This document shows positions 10,084 to 19,192 of a DNA stretch of 64,000 nucleotides, in pieces. Made by a program: the position numbers and the translations under genes. Below the pieces are notes generated by a model. The model was not told the origin of the DNA and did not search any database. It was given only the letters and a program-made list of their open reading frames with translations. Each line of letters starts with the position of its first letter. Positions within the stretch are counted from its first letter, which is position 1. The stretch is from an uncultured Rhodohalobacter sp. (GTDB taxonomy: Bacteria > Bacteroidota > Rhodothermia > Balneolales > Balneolaceae). Location: contig CAZXYQ010000002.1 in assembly GCA_964644975.1 (NCBI GenBank), positions 5,570-69,569 of the forward strand, read 5' to 3'.

Positions 10084-11118
10084 ATGAAATCTTACAGCCA
10101 ATTTTTATCCGTCCTGATTGCACTGGCTTTGGCATTCGGTATTGCTCAATCAGCTACCGCTCAGGAAGATATGCGAGCTGAAGCTGTTACTCTATATAAC
10201 GAAGCTCAAGATCTTGCTGGGGCTAATCAGTTGGAGGATGCAATTGATACATATCGTGCAGCTCTTGATATAGCCAATGAAAATGAACTGGAAGATATCT
10301 CTGAGCGTATAATTAGACAGTTGCCACGTGTGTACTATAGTCGCGCTACCAGAGCATTTCAGCAGTATCAGCAGGAAAGAAGTATCGAAGCAGCTGACAG
10401 GGCAATCGAATTATTTACAGATGCCCGGGAAGCAGGTGAAGAGTTTAATGATGAACAGGTCGTTCAGCAAACCACCCGTGCGCTCCCACAACTTTACTAT
10501 CTGAAATCAACCATCCAGTTTAGGAATGATGATCTGGAAGATGCCATGGCTAGTCTTGATAGAGCTCTGGAATTAAATCCTAACTATCCTACAGCTTACT
10601 ACCAGCGAGCCATTGTTTACAAAAAACAAAACCCCGCTGATATAGATCAGACAATTGAATATTACGACCGGGCCATTGAACTTGCGGAACAGCTTGGTGA
10701 CGACAGAACCCTTGGCAATGCAAGATCGAGTGCAGCTGAAGAGTTAATTTTCAGAGCTGTTAACTTGAAAGATGAAGGGCGTTATAACCGTGCTATTGAG
10801 CTTTTGAACATGGTTGACAAATACGACTCTGAATCTGCAGATGCGCACTACCGTATCTCAGAGATCAGCAATACCAGAGGTAACTTTGAACATGCAATTG
10901 AGCATGCAAACAAGGCACTTGAATTTGAGACCGGTGGTGTTACAGACAGAGCTAAAATATACTTTGAACTCGGTACTGCTTATAAAGGCCTGAATCAAGT
11001 GACAAACGCTTGCGATGCCTTTGAAAATGCAAACTATGGCGATTTTTCAGAACCTGCTTCACATGAACTCAGGTTTGAGCTTGAGTGTGAAGGATATTCT
11101 GCAAGTGGCCGAAGATAA
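10084..11118 (+). CDS. Exported tetratricopeptide repeat protein
   Basis: Signal peptide; several TPR-like repeats (ALELNPNYPTAYYQRA, AKIYFELGTAY). Confidence 0.85.
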   Translation: MKSYSQFLSVLIALALAFGIAQSATAQEDMRAEAVTLYNEAQDLAGANQLEDAIDTYRAALDIANENELEDISERIIRQLPRVYYSRATRAFQQYQQERSIEAADRAIELFTDAREAGEEFNDEQVVQQTTRALPQLYYLKSTIQFRNDDLEDAMASLDRALELNPNYPTAYYQRAIVYKKQNPADIDQTIEYYDRAIELAEQLGDDRTLGNARSSAAEELIFRAVNLKDEGRYNRAIELLNMVDKYDSESADAHYRISEISNTRGNFEHAIEHANKALEFETGGVTDRAKIYFELGTAYKGLNQVTNACDAFENANYGDFSEPASHELRFELECEGYSASGRR

Positions 11119-11139
11119 AATTCTATAGCAATAAAATTC

Positions 11140-11178
11140 AAAAGGCTGTTCTGATGTTTATCAGAGCAGCCTTTTTTT
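11140..11178 (+). terminator. Rho-independent terminator (likely bidirectional)
   Basis: AAAAGGCTGTTCTGA-TGTTTA-TCAGAGCAGCCTTTTTTT hairpin with T-tract, just after the TPR gene stop. Confidence 0.85.
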
Positions 11179-11251
11179 ATGTCTTTTATTTTCCAATAGC
11201 TCCCATCTTCTCTATCTTCAATGCAAAGATAATATCAATAAATAAATTGAA

Positions 11252-13255
11252 ATGACTACTGCTCCAAAACTTGATGAACTCTGTGTAAATACGATCAGAA
11301 CACTCTCCATGGACGCTGTACAGGCCGCTAATTCCGGACACCCGGGTATGCCTATGGGAATGGCTGATGCAGCTTATGTATTGTGGACAAAATTTCTGAA
11401 ACATAATCCGGAAAATCCTCACTGGTTTGCTCGGGACAGATTTGTGTTGTCGGCCGGTCACGGATCGATGCTTCTCTATTCTCTGCTTCACCTAACGGGC
11501 TATGAAGTTTCACTGAAAGAGATAAAAAACTTTCGTCAGCTTGGAAGTATTACCCCGGGGCATCCTGAGTTTGGAATGACGCCGGGCGTGGAAACTACAA
11601 CCGGACCACTGGGTCAGGGCTTTGGTACAGGTGTTGGTATGGCGATGGCGGAGCGTTTTATGGCTGAAACCTTCAACAAAGAGGATCAAACACTCATTGA
11701 TCATTTTACCTATGCTATTGTAAGTGACGGAGATTTAATGGAGGGTATTTCTCATGAAAGTGCCTCCATGGCGGGCCATCTGAAATTGAGTAAGCTGATT
11801 TATCTGTACGACTCAAACAAAATTTCAATCGACGGTTCGACCGATCTTGCCTTTACAGACGATACAAAAAAAAGATTTAAAGCCTATGGATGGGATGTTC
11901 AGCAGATTGATGGCCACAATCACCAGGAGATCGAAGAGGCAATTAAAAATGCACAATCCACAGATACGCCATCTTTGATTGAGTGTAAAACAACCATCGG
12001 TTTCGGAAGCCCAAATAAAGAGGGTACAGCTGCATCGCACGGTTCTCCACTTGGAGAAGATGAAATAAAGCTTACAAAAGAGCGGTTAAACTGGCCACAC
12101 GACGAACCTTTTCATATTCCTGATGAAGTAAAAAATGAGATGTTGAAAGCCAGGGAATCAGGTGCCGCTGCTGAAAAAGAGTGGAAGGCTAATCTAGCTG
12201 ATTATGAAAAGATATACCCGGCCGATGGAGTACTCTTTAAAAAATTCGTAAGCCGCGATATGCCGGAAAAGTGGTCGGAAGTGATTCCTGAATTTAAGGC
12301 AGACCCTAAAGGTCTTGCAACACGGAGCGCTTCCAAAAAAGTACTGGATCAAATGGCTGATCACATCTTCAACCTGGTTGGCGGGTCTGCTGATTTAACC
12401 GGCAGTACTAAAACAGATATGGACGGTAAAGGAATATATCAGGCCGATAACTATAAAGGCAGAAACCTTCATTACGGAGTGCGTGAGCACGGTATGGCGG
12501 CTGCATTGAACGGCATGGCTCTTCATGGCGGCATTATTCCATTTGGAGCGACATTCCTCGTTTTTTCTGACTACAATAAGCCATCCATCCGTATAGCGGC
12601 ACTTTCTCATATCCCCTCCATATTTGTGTTTACACATGATAGTATTGGACTGGGCGAAGACGGTCCGACTCATCAGCCGATCGAGCATCTTGCTGCATTG
12701 AGAGCAACGCCAAACGTAACTGTTTTACGGCCCGCTGATGCAAATGAGACGTCCTACTGCTGGAAAGCAGCTGTTGAAAACACTGAAGGTCCATCAGTAA
12801 TGGTTTTAACACGTCAAAACCTGCCAACCCTTGACCGATCCGTTTACGGAAAAGCATCAGGAACCGAGAAAGGAGCCTACATCCTTAAAGAGGCATCCGG
12901 AGGCTCACCTGACTTAATTTTGATGGCTTCAGGGTCAGAAGTTGAAATTATAGTTTCTGCAGCTGAAACACTTGAATCCAAAGGTGTTGCCACCCGCGTA
13001 GTTAGTATGCCAAGCTGGGAGCTTTTCGAAAAACAGGATGATGCCTATAAAAGCAAGGTATTTCCGCCCGATGTTAAAGCACGGGTTTCAATGGAAGCGG
13101 CTTCGTCTATGGGATGGCAGAAATACACAGGTAGCGAAGGCATCGTGATGGGGATTGATCGCTTTGGTGAATCTGCTCCTTTTGAACAGGTTTATGAACA
13201 TCTTGGACTTACCGCAGAGAAGGTTGTCGATAACGGTTTAGCACTTGTTAAGTAA
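11252..13255 (+). CDS. tkt: Transketolase
   Basis: SGHPGMPMG, RDRFVLSAGHGS, GDGDLMEG-type TPP motif (SDGDLMEG), THDSIGLGEDGPTHQP. Confidence 0.98.
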   Translation: MTTAPKLDELCVNTIRTLSMDAVQAANSGHPGMPMGMADAAYVLWTKFLKHNPENPHWFARDRFVLSAGHGSMLLYSLLHLTGYEVSLKEIKNFRQLGSITPGHPEFGMTPGVETTTGPLGQGFGTGVGMAMAERFMAETFNKEDQTLIDHFTYAIVSDGDLMEGISHESASMAGHLKLSKLIYLYDSNKISIDGSTDLAFTDDTKKRFKAYGWDVQQIDGHNHQEIEEAIKNAQSTDTPSLIECKTTIGFGSPNKEGTAASHGSPLGEDEIKLTKERLNWPHDEPFHIPDEVKNEMLKARESGAAAEKEWKANLADYEKIYPADGVLFKKFVSRDMPEKWSEVIPEFKADPKGLATRSASKKVLDQMADHIFNLVGGSADLTGSTKTDMDGKGIYQADNYKGRNLHYGVREHGMAAALNGMALHGGIIPFGATFLVFSDYNKPSIRIAALSHIPSIFVFTHDSIGLGEDGPTHQPIEHLAALRATPNVTVLRPADANETSYCWKAAVENTEGPSVMVLTRQNLPTLDRSVYGKASGTEKGAYILKEASGGSPDLILMASGSEVEIIVSAAETLESKGVATRVVSMPSWELFEKQDDAYKSKVFPPDVKARVSMEAASSMGWQKYTGSEGIVMGIDRFGESAPFEQVYEHLGLTAEKVVDNGLALVK

Positions 13256-13258
13256 GTA

Positions 13259-14437
13259 CTACTCCTTTTTGATTATTCCTTCTTCAGGATTTCGGTGAAC
13301 GGCAGTAAATGTGATGTCATCAAGATTCTTTTCACTTCCAATAAACGACTCTAAAGAGGACTGAACCTTTTTAGAGATCGTTTTGGAATGGAGAGATCCA
13401 TAAATAGACATTATGCCTTCAACTCTCTCCGCTCCGTACTCTTCACCCTGGTCATTCCGCGCTTCAGTAAGCCCGTCGGTATAGAATAAAATGCTGTCCT
13501 GTTCTTGAAAACGGAATTTTTTTTCCACCATTTTTTCCTTCAGGATGTTTGTGGTTGTCATGCCCAGTGCAAACCCGTCTGTTCTGAGGTTAAATGTAGT
13601 TTCATGTTCATGACTGTACAGAACCGGAGGATTATGCCCTGCACGGGCAAATGTAAAAGAGGCATCGTCATTTGGAAAAAACGCTACGCAGCCCGTTACA
13701 AATGTCTTGTCCGATTTATTCGATTTGATATAGTTATTTAATTCAAGGAGAAGCTCTTTAGGTGTAGGGTGCTCTTTATTGATTAAAAGGTGAACCAAAG
13801 CCTGAATTCTAACCATGTAGAGGGCTGCACTCATACCTTTGCCGGATACATCAGCTATGATAACGTATGTGCCTTTATTGGTTTTAATTACATCAACATA
13901 ATCGCCGCCAACCTCACTGGCCGTAGCTGCAAAGGAGTAGACTTCAAGAGTCTTGTTTGTAATGGTTGAAGGGGGGAGAAGACTGAGCTGAATGTCTCTG
14001 GCAAAGTTTAGTTCCTGTTGAACATCTGATTTTTCAAGAAGCTCAATTAAGAGTATGGCTAAAACTGAGATAAATGCGGCGGGCATAAGCAGAGGTTTCA
14101 GACCGCTGAATAAGGTAAATATGCCGATAAATTCGAATAGTGAAATAACAAAGTAAAGTAAAAAACCGGAGAGAGCCACACCAAACACAAGTCGGCGCAC
14201 AGGGTTTAGTCGTTTTGTAAGAGCAGAAAGTAAACTAAGTACTTTCTGCATAAATGGAATTTTTTCCGGAGTTGTGGATGGATTTTTCTGTTTGAGTGCG
14301 TCATCATAAAGTTTCTTAAGACGCTCGGAATCGGATTGAAATTCTTTTCCAAGCTGCCTTGAATTCATCCCGCTTACATACTCTTTGTAGAATGTTTTGG
14401 TATCGTATATCGATTTAGCTTCGTTTTTTAGTCCCAT
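13259..14437 (-). CDS. Membrane PP2C/SpoIIE-family (RsbU-like) Ser/Thr phosphatase
   Basis: Two TM segments, then ARDIQLSLLP, EVGGDYVD, IADVSGKG, RAGHNPP, FYTDGLTEA, DDIT. Confidence 0.9.
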   Translation of the reverse strand: MGLKNEAKSIYDTKTFYKEYVSGMNSRQLGKEFQSDSERLKKLYDDALKQKNPSTTPEKIPFMQKVLSLLSALTKRLNPVRRLVFGVALSGFLLYFVISLFEFIGIFTLFSGLKPLLMPAAFISVLAILLIELLEKSDVQQELNFARDIQLSLLPPSTITNKTLEVYSFAATASEVGGDYVDVIKTNKGTYVIIADVSGKGMSAALYMVRIQALVHLLINKEHPTPKELLLELNNYIKSNKSDKTFVTGCVAFFPNDDASFTFARAGHNPPVLYSHEHETTFNLRTDGFALGMTTTNILKEKMVEKKFRFQEQDSILFYTDGLTEARNDQGEEYGAERVEGIMSIYGSLHSKTISKKVQSSLESFIGSEKNLDDITFTAVHRNPEEGIIKKE

Positions 14438-14467
14438 ATCTCAACCAGAAGTTTATTTTGAAACGTA

Positions 14468-14491
14468 TACGAGTCGCAGGGTGAAAAGTTT
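14468..14491 (-). promoter_or_regulatory. Putative ECF-sigma promoter (AAAC-N16-CGTA) upstream of the PP2C gene
   Basis: Minus strand reads AAAC-ttttcaccctgcgact-CGTA, the canonical ECF -35/-10 spacing, about 30 bp before the ATG at 14437. Confidence 0.5.
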
Positions 14492-14528
14492 TGCACTTGT
14501 AATCAACTATAAGATACTTAGTTTTTAT

Positions 14529-14856
14529 GGTTCTAGAGTCCCGAATTTTCGGGATTGTGGGTGAAATGTATTTAGCATTAAAAAATGCTTTGACAATGTA
14601 GGAAACAAATAGAGAGTCTTAAAATATCGGGATCGTTTTTACCATAAATCCGCCGGCTGGCGGCCGAAGTACCACGAAGTGCGTAATTATCAGGGTACTA
14701 TCCTTCGTGAAACCTTCGTGTTTTCATGCCTTCGTGGCCGGAACACTTGGTGATTTGTTGCCCTTAATTCTATCATTTTCTGACAGATTTTTCTTAAAGG
14801 TTGAAATGCTAAGATTTTCGTTACCCGCAATCCCGAAAAATCGGGACTGTAGAACC
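14529..14856. mobile_element. Non-autonomous MITE-like element with ~50-bp imperfect terminal inverted repeats (ISL3-like GGTTCT ends)
   Basis: Left end GGTTCTAGAGTCCCGAATTTTCGGGATTGTGGGT; reverse complement of right end GGTTCTACAGTCCCGATTTTTCGGGATTGCGGGT; both continue to TTAGCATT. Flanked by GTTTTTAT / GTTTTTTAT, a near-perfect target duplication. Confidence 0.7.
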
Positions 14857-14861
14857 GTTTT

Positions 14862-15296
14862 TTATTTATCAATAACGATCTTATCACTGGTTCGGTAGAC
14901 GGTTCCTTTCATAAAAGCGATTACCTCATTCTTCTCATTTCTCAATCTGACGTCAAACAGACCGGTTTTATTTGTTAAGTTTACTGTTTTTGATTCTGCA
15001 GTGACCACGTTGCCTGTGAAGGATTTTTTTGTAATCGAAATGGAGTTATCGATGGTAAGTGAGACAAATCCGTAAGTTGCCGCAGTAAATGCGAGAGCAG
15101 TATCAGCAAGCGAAAACAGGATGCCTCCATGAGCGACTTTAAAACCATTGAGCATTTCATCTCTGATTTTGCACTCAATTTTACATCGGCCCAACTCTGC
15201 TTCTACAATTTGAACGCCTATCCAACGGCTGTAAGTATCATTCTTCAGAAGGAAGCTGACGATATCGTACGGTGCATCAATGTTTGACTCATTCAT
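14862..15296 (-). CDS. paaI: Hydroxyphenylacetyl-CoA thioesterase PaaI (hot-dog fold)
   Basis: MLNGFKVAHGGILFSLADTALAF motif; last gene of the paa cluster; start at 15296 overlaps the paaH stop. Confidence 0.88.
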   Translation of the reverse strand: MNESNIDAPYDIVSFLLKNDTYSRWIGVQIVEAELGRCKIECKIRDEMLNGFKVAHGGILFSLADTALAFTAATYGFVSLTIDNSISITKKSFTGNVVTAESKTVNLTNKTGLFDVRLRNEKNEVIAFMKGTVYRTSDKIVIDK

Positions 15297-16464
15297 AAAA
15301 CGATTCATTATTTCTGACCTTGCGCTTTAGCAATGGGTTGGGGCGATAACGATCTTCACGATATTCTACCTGCAGTGCGCTCATCCAGTCGAGTACGGTA
15401 GACGGGCCAATATCATCGGCCCATTTAAGCAGACCTTTGGGATAGTTTACACCGTTTTCCATCGCCAGATCCACATCCTCTATCGTGGCTACATTCATAA
15501 AGACTGCATCACATGCTTCATTAATCAGCATCCCCAGAATTCGAGAGAGAATTTTCTCCCCTAGCTCTTTGTCTTTCACAGGAGCCGGATTGTCAGCCCG
15601 ATCCCCGTACTCATAAAACCCAATACCGGTTTTTCGTCCAAGGCGACCGGCTTCAATCAGTCTCTTTTGAGCAAATGAGGGTTTGAATCGCGGATCGTAA
15701 TAAAATTCTTTAAATACAGATTCTGTAACTTTATAGTTAACATCATGGCCTATCAGATCCATCAGCTCAAAGGGTCCCATTTTAAATCCACCAATCTCTT
15801 TCATGGCCCAGTCAATAGTGGCAGCATCTGCCACACCTTCCTCGTATAGCCGGAGTGCCTCGCCGTAAAATGGGCGTGCTACGCGATTTACAATAAAGCC
15901 GGGAGTATCATTGGCAAGCACAGTTATTTTATCCCAGGAATCAATCATAGAACGTGCTGCCTGAACAGACGCCTGATCTGTGGAAATTCCCGGAATAATT
16001 TCAACAAGCTTCATCAGGGGGGCAGGGTTGAAGAAATGAAGGCCAAGAAACCGCTCAGGTTGCTTTAAAGCGGACGAAATTGAGGCTATGGAAAGAGACG
16101 ATGTGTTTGTTGCTAGTATACAGCTTTTAGGCACAATTGCCTCGAGCCGTTCAAATTGGTCCTGTTTGGCTGTCAGGTCTTCAATAATGGCTTCAAATAC
16201 GATGCCGCAGTTTTTGAAATCATTCAGGTGATCCACAAAATGAATTCGCGACAATATGCCATCCACTTCATCCTGGCTCATGCTCTCTTTTTCAACCTGG
16301 CGATTGAGGATCTTGATCAAGCCCTCTTCTGATTTATTTAACTGTTCGGGATAAGCATCGTACAGGTAAACATTGTGGCCATACGTAGCCGCAATCTGGG
16401 CTATTCCTGTTCCCATTGTACCTGCTCCTACAACTCCGATATTTGTTTTACTATCTAAACTCAT
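15289..16464 (-). CDS. paaH: 3-hydroxyacyl-CoA (3-hydroxyadipyl-CoA) dehydrogenase
   Basis: GAGTMGTGIA, EAIIE, TNTSSLSI, GLHFFNPAPLMKLVE, DTPGFIVNR; paa context. Confidence 0.9.
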   Translation of the reverse strand: MSLDSKTNIGVVGAGTMGTGIAQIAATYGHNVYLYDAYPEQLNKSEEGLIKILNRQVEKESMSQDEVDGILSRIHFVDHLNDFKNCGIVFEAIIEDLTAKQDQFERLEAIVPKSCILATNTSSLSIASISSALKQPERFLGLHFFNPAPLMKLVEIIPGISTDQASVQAARSMIDSWDKITVLANDTPGFIVNRVARPFYGEALRLYEEGVADAATIDWAMKEIGGFKMGPFELMDLIGHDVNYKVTESVFKEFYYDPRFKPSFAQKRLIEAGRLGRKTGIGFYEYGDRADNPAPVKDKELGEKILSRILGMLINEACDAVFMNVATIEDVDLAMENGVNYPKGLLKWADDIGPSTVLDWMSALQVEYREDRYRPNPLLKRKVRNNESFYE

Positions 16465-16550
16465 TCGATGATTTGAGGTTGATTTAAGTTCGTATCAAAA
16501 ATAAGCAATCAAGATGCAAAACCCATGTGTTGGAAAAAATGAAATATCGC

Positions 16551-16567
16551 GCTATCATAGTGATATC
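16551..16567 (+). promoter_or_regulatory. Putative TA operator palindrome GCTATCA-TAG-TGATATC
   Basis: Inverted repeat 23 bp upstream of the antitoxin ATG; half-sites resemble the TGCTATCA/TGATAGCA FitAB operator. Confidence 0.55.
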
Positions 16568-16589
16568 ACTTTTCATAAATTATACCACT

Positions 16590-16826
16590 ATGCCTGATGT
16601 ATTAATTAGAAATATCGATAAGAAAGTACTGGAACGTTTAAAAGAGAAATCAAATAACAACAATCGTTCTTTGCAGGATGAACTAAAAAAGCTTCTTGAA
16701 ACTCATTCAGGTATCAAAAATGAGGAGGCAATCAACAGAGTACGTGAGATTCAGGAAAAGTATAGGGCATCAGGAAAAATTTTTCCGGACAGCAGCAAGG
16801 AGATCAGTGATGATAGGGAACGATGA
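16590..16826 (+). CDS. FitA/VapB-like ribbon-helix-helix antitoxin
   Basis: MPDVLIRNIDKKVLERLKEKSNNNNRSLQDELKKLL matches the Arc/FitA RHH pattern; overlaps the toxin start. Confidence 0.85.
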   Translation: MPDVLIRNIDKKVLERLKEKSNNNNRSLQDELKKLLETHSGIKNEEAINRVREIQEKYRASGKIFPDSSKEISDDRER

Positions 16827-17233
16827 TGAATGTTATTGATACCTCTGTAGTAACGAAATGGTTATTCAGAGAACTGGATTCAGATATAGCAATCGCAATA
16901 CTTGAAAATGAACAAGAGTATTTTGCACCGGATTATCTGAGAATAGAGTTTCAATCAACTGTATCGAAGAAGATTCGAACGGGTCTTATCACAATAGAGG
17001 AGGGTCAAAGGCGGCTTGATGATTTTAGAAAATTTAATTTTTATTACAAATCATTTGAAGAAATAGAACATCTATCGTTTGAACTTTCAGCACACTATCC
17101 GATAACGTTCTATGATGCCATGTTCCTTGCTCTTGCAATCCAGCAGAATGCATATCTAATTACGTTCGACAGAAGGTTGAAGCGAAGCGTAATTCGAACC
17201 GAGCTGGAAGAACTTGTTGTGATTCCAGTTTGA
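16823..17233 (+). CDS. vapC: VapC/FitB-like PIN-domain toxin
   Basis: VIDTSVVTKW, conserved E (RIEF), YDAMFLALA, LITFDRRL; 136 aa. Confidence 0.9.
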   Translation: MMNVIDTSVVTKWLFRELDSDIAIAILENEQEYFAPDYLRIEFQSTVSKKIRTGLITIEEGQRRLDDFRKFNFYYKSFEEIEHLSFELSAHYPITFYDAMFLALAIQQNAYLITFDRRLKRSVIRTELEELVVIPV

Positions 17234-17234
17234 T

Positions 17235-18017
17235 CTATTCACCGGAATAATTTGGCTTTCGCTTATCCAAAAACGCCTCCACACCCTCTTTATAATCACT
17301 CGTTTGGCCTGCAATGGTTTGCAGTTCAGCTTCAAGTGAAAGTTGCTGATCAAGGTTGTTATTAAAGGATAAATTCACTGCTTGCTTGTACAGACCAAAT
17401 CCCTTTGTAGGCATTGAAGCGATCTTCTCCGCGATTAAATGGATTTCTTCTTCCAGTTTGGCATGAGTAACCGCTTTATAAATGAGCCCCAGTTCTACCG
17501 CTCTGTCAGCCGTGATCTTTTCATCAAGCAGATACATAGCGTTTGCCCGGGCAAGACCTACAAGCCGCGGAATAAAAAAGGTGCCGCCGCTGTCAGGGAT
17601 AAGGCCAATTTTACTAAACGCCTGTATAAACATCGCTTCATGGGAAGCCATTACGATATCGCAGGCAAATACTATATTGGCTCCTGCACCGGCTGCAGTA
17701 CCCTGGACAGCACAAACTACCGGTTTCTCCAGTTCCCGGATAGCTTTTATAATTGGATTGTAGCTGGTTTGAACCGTTTGGCCAAGAGTATAGTCATCAT
17801 CCTTTGCCCGTTCAACAACTTCCGAAAGATCCTGTCCAGCACAAAATGCTTTGCCATTTGCCTTTAGAACTACACATCGAACGTTATCCGCCTCTGCCTC
17901 TTTAAGTGCATTTTGAAGATTAACAGCCATCGGTTCCGTGAAGCTGTTGTATTTGTCCGGACGATTGAGTGTTACGGTTAATACGCTGCTTTTAAATGAA
18001 GTGAGAATATGTGACAT
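17235..18017 (-). CDS. paaG: Enoyl-CoA hydratase family, PaaG-type ring-opening isomerase
   Basis: LNRPDKYNSF, AFCAGQDL, AAGAGANI, FIQAFSKIGLIPDSGGT; paa context. Confidence 0.88.
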   Translation of the reverse strand: MSHILTSFKSSVLTVTLNRPDKYNSFTEPMAVNLQNALKEAEADNVRCVVLKANGKAFCAGQDLSEVVERAKDDDYTLGQTVQTSYNPIIKAIRELEKPVVCAVQGTAAGAGANIVFACDIVMASHEAMFIQAFSKIGLIPDSGGTFFIPRLVGLARANAMYLLDEKITADRAVELGLIYKAVTHAKLEEEIHLIAEKIASMPTKGFGLYKQAVNLSFNNNLDQQLSLEAELQTIAGQTSDYKEGVEAFLDKRKPNYSGE

Positions 18018-18154
18018 AAAAGGCTATTAAACAGATTAGAAATATTGGAAACAAAATAAGAATATTCAATACAATTTACGTGGACTATTCAATCACTTCA
18101 ATTACACTATTGGTTTAGTGCATAATCTTATAAAATAATCCTATACAATTCAGT

Positions 18155-18550
18155 TCAGTTAAATCGAAAAAGGGCGGGGGATCGGCGCTGTTGACTGGTG
18201 GGTTCCGCGTCGAACATCTGCCTGCGGACGGCATTATTGTATTCAGTAACTGTGCGGGGGTAGGGAGCAGGTGTAAAGAAGCCGAGATCGAATTTATTGC
18301 GAATGATTACACTGCCGATGTAAATGACAGCCTGGGTAGTTTTGGTTTCTGTTCCTTGTATGTTGCTTGTGGGATATGAATAAAAGTCAGGTTGATAGAG
18401 TTGATTGGAGAACATTTCGGGAGTTAGACGAAGTGTTGTAAGCTCCTTTGGCGCTTCGTCTTTTTGCAAGTCAGGATCGCGAAACTGAGCAAAGCCGGTT
18501 ACGGCTGTGGCTAGAAGAAATATTGCAAGAAAAACTATAACTGGTTTCAT
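18155..18550 (-). CDS. Hypothetical exported protein
   Basis: 131-aa ORF with clear signal peptide (MKPVIVFLAIFLLATAVTGFA-Q), 3 bp after the paaD stop. Confidence 0.65.
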   Translation of the reverse strand: MKPVIVFLAIFLLATAVTGFAQFRDPDLQKDEAPKELTTLRLTPEMFSNQLYQPDFYSYPTSNIQGTETKTTQAVIYIGSVIIRNKFDLGFFTPAPYPRTVTEYNNAVRRQMFDAEPTSQQRRSPALFRFN

Positions 18551-18553
18551 CTT

Positions 18554-19066
18554 TCAAATGCATTTAAAGTGTTCAAAAGGTTGTTCACATCCGTTGCAGT
18601 AATACAGCGATTTGCAGGCGGTGGACCCAAACTCGCTCTGAAGAACCGTATCAAGAGAGTCGCAATAGGGGCAGGGAACAATTTTCTGTGACCCTTTAAG
18701 GGACGATAAAAAGTCATCATCATTCTCTTCTGTTTTCTCCGGTGGAGCTATCCCGTATTCTTTTAGCTTCTTTTTGGCGTGCTCAGTCATCCAATCTGTA
18801 GTCCAGCTCTCTTTAAAATCGGTGAGAACCTTGAAGCTGGACACCTCTTTTTCATTGAGCTTTTTATGGATTTCCATTTCGATTGCATTCATGGCAGGGC
18901 AGCCGGAATAGGTGGGGGTAATACGCACCGTTACTTCATCGTCGTCAATCTCAACATCACGCACGATGCCCATTTCCACAACATTAAGCACAGGAATCTC
19001 GGGATCTATGACCTCTTCAAGCCACGTCCAGATTTTTTCTTTTGATAATGTCTTTGTCTTGTTCAT
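18554..19066 (-). CDS. paaD: 1,2-phenylacetyl-CoA epoxidase subunit D
   Basis: DPEIPVLNVVEMGIVR, ITPTYSGCPAM, WTTDW, CPYCDS...FGSTACKS..C..CEQPFEHFKC. Confidence 0.95.
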   Translation of the reverse strand: MNKTKTLSKEKIWTWLEEVIDPEIPVLNVVEMGIVRDVEIDDDEVTVRITPTYSGCPAMNAIEMEIHKKLNEKEVSSFKVLTDFKESWTTDWMTEHAKKKLKEYGIAPPEKTEENDDDFLSSLKGSQKIVPCPYCDSLDTVLQSEFGSTACKSLYYCNGCEQPFEHFKCI

Positions 19067-19072
19067 AGTGCT

Positions 19073-19114
19073 TGTATCGGGTAATGGGTATCGTGTATAG
19101 AGTATTAGGTATTT
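19073..19114. repeat. Degenerate heptamer tandem array (nGTAwnG x6), left flank of the four-helix-bundle cassette
   Basis: TGTATCG GGTAATG GGTATCG TGTATAG AGTATTA GGTATTT. Confidence 0.7.
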
Positions 19115-19192
19115 TACTTCTAAAAAATGTAAGGTATTGTAATTTATTGGATTATATGTGAAACAGTCTTTTTAAAATAATGGAGAATAGAT

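Noticed and set aside
14690-14898. Short ORFs 14690-14887 (-) and 14707-14898 (+)
   Set aside because: They lie in MITE repeat DNA, overlap paaI and show no protein-family features.
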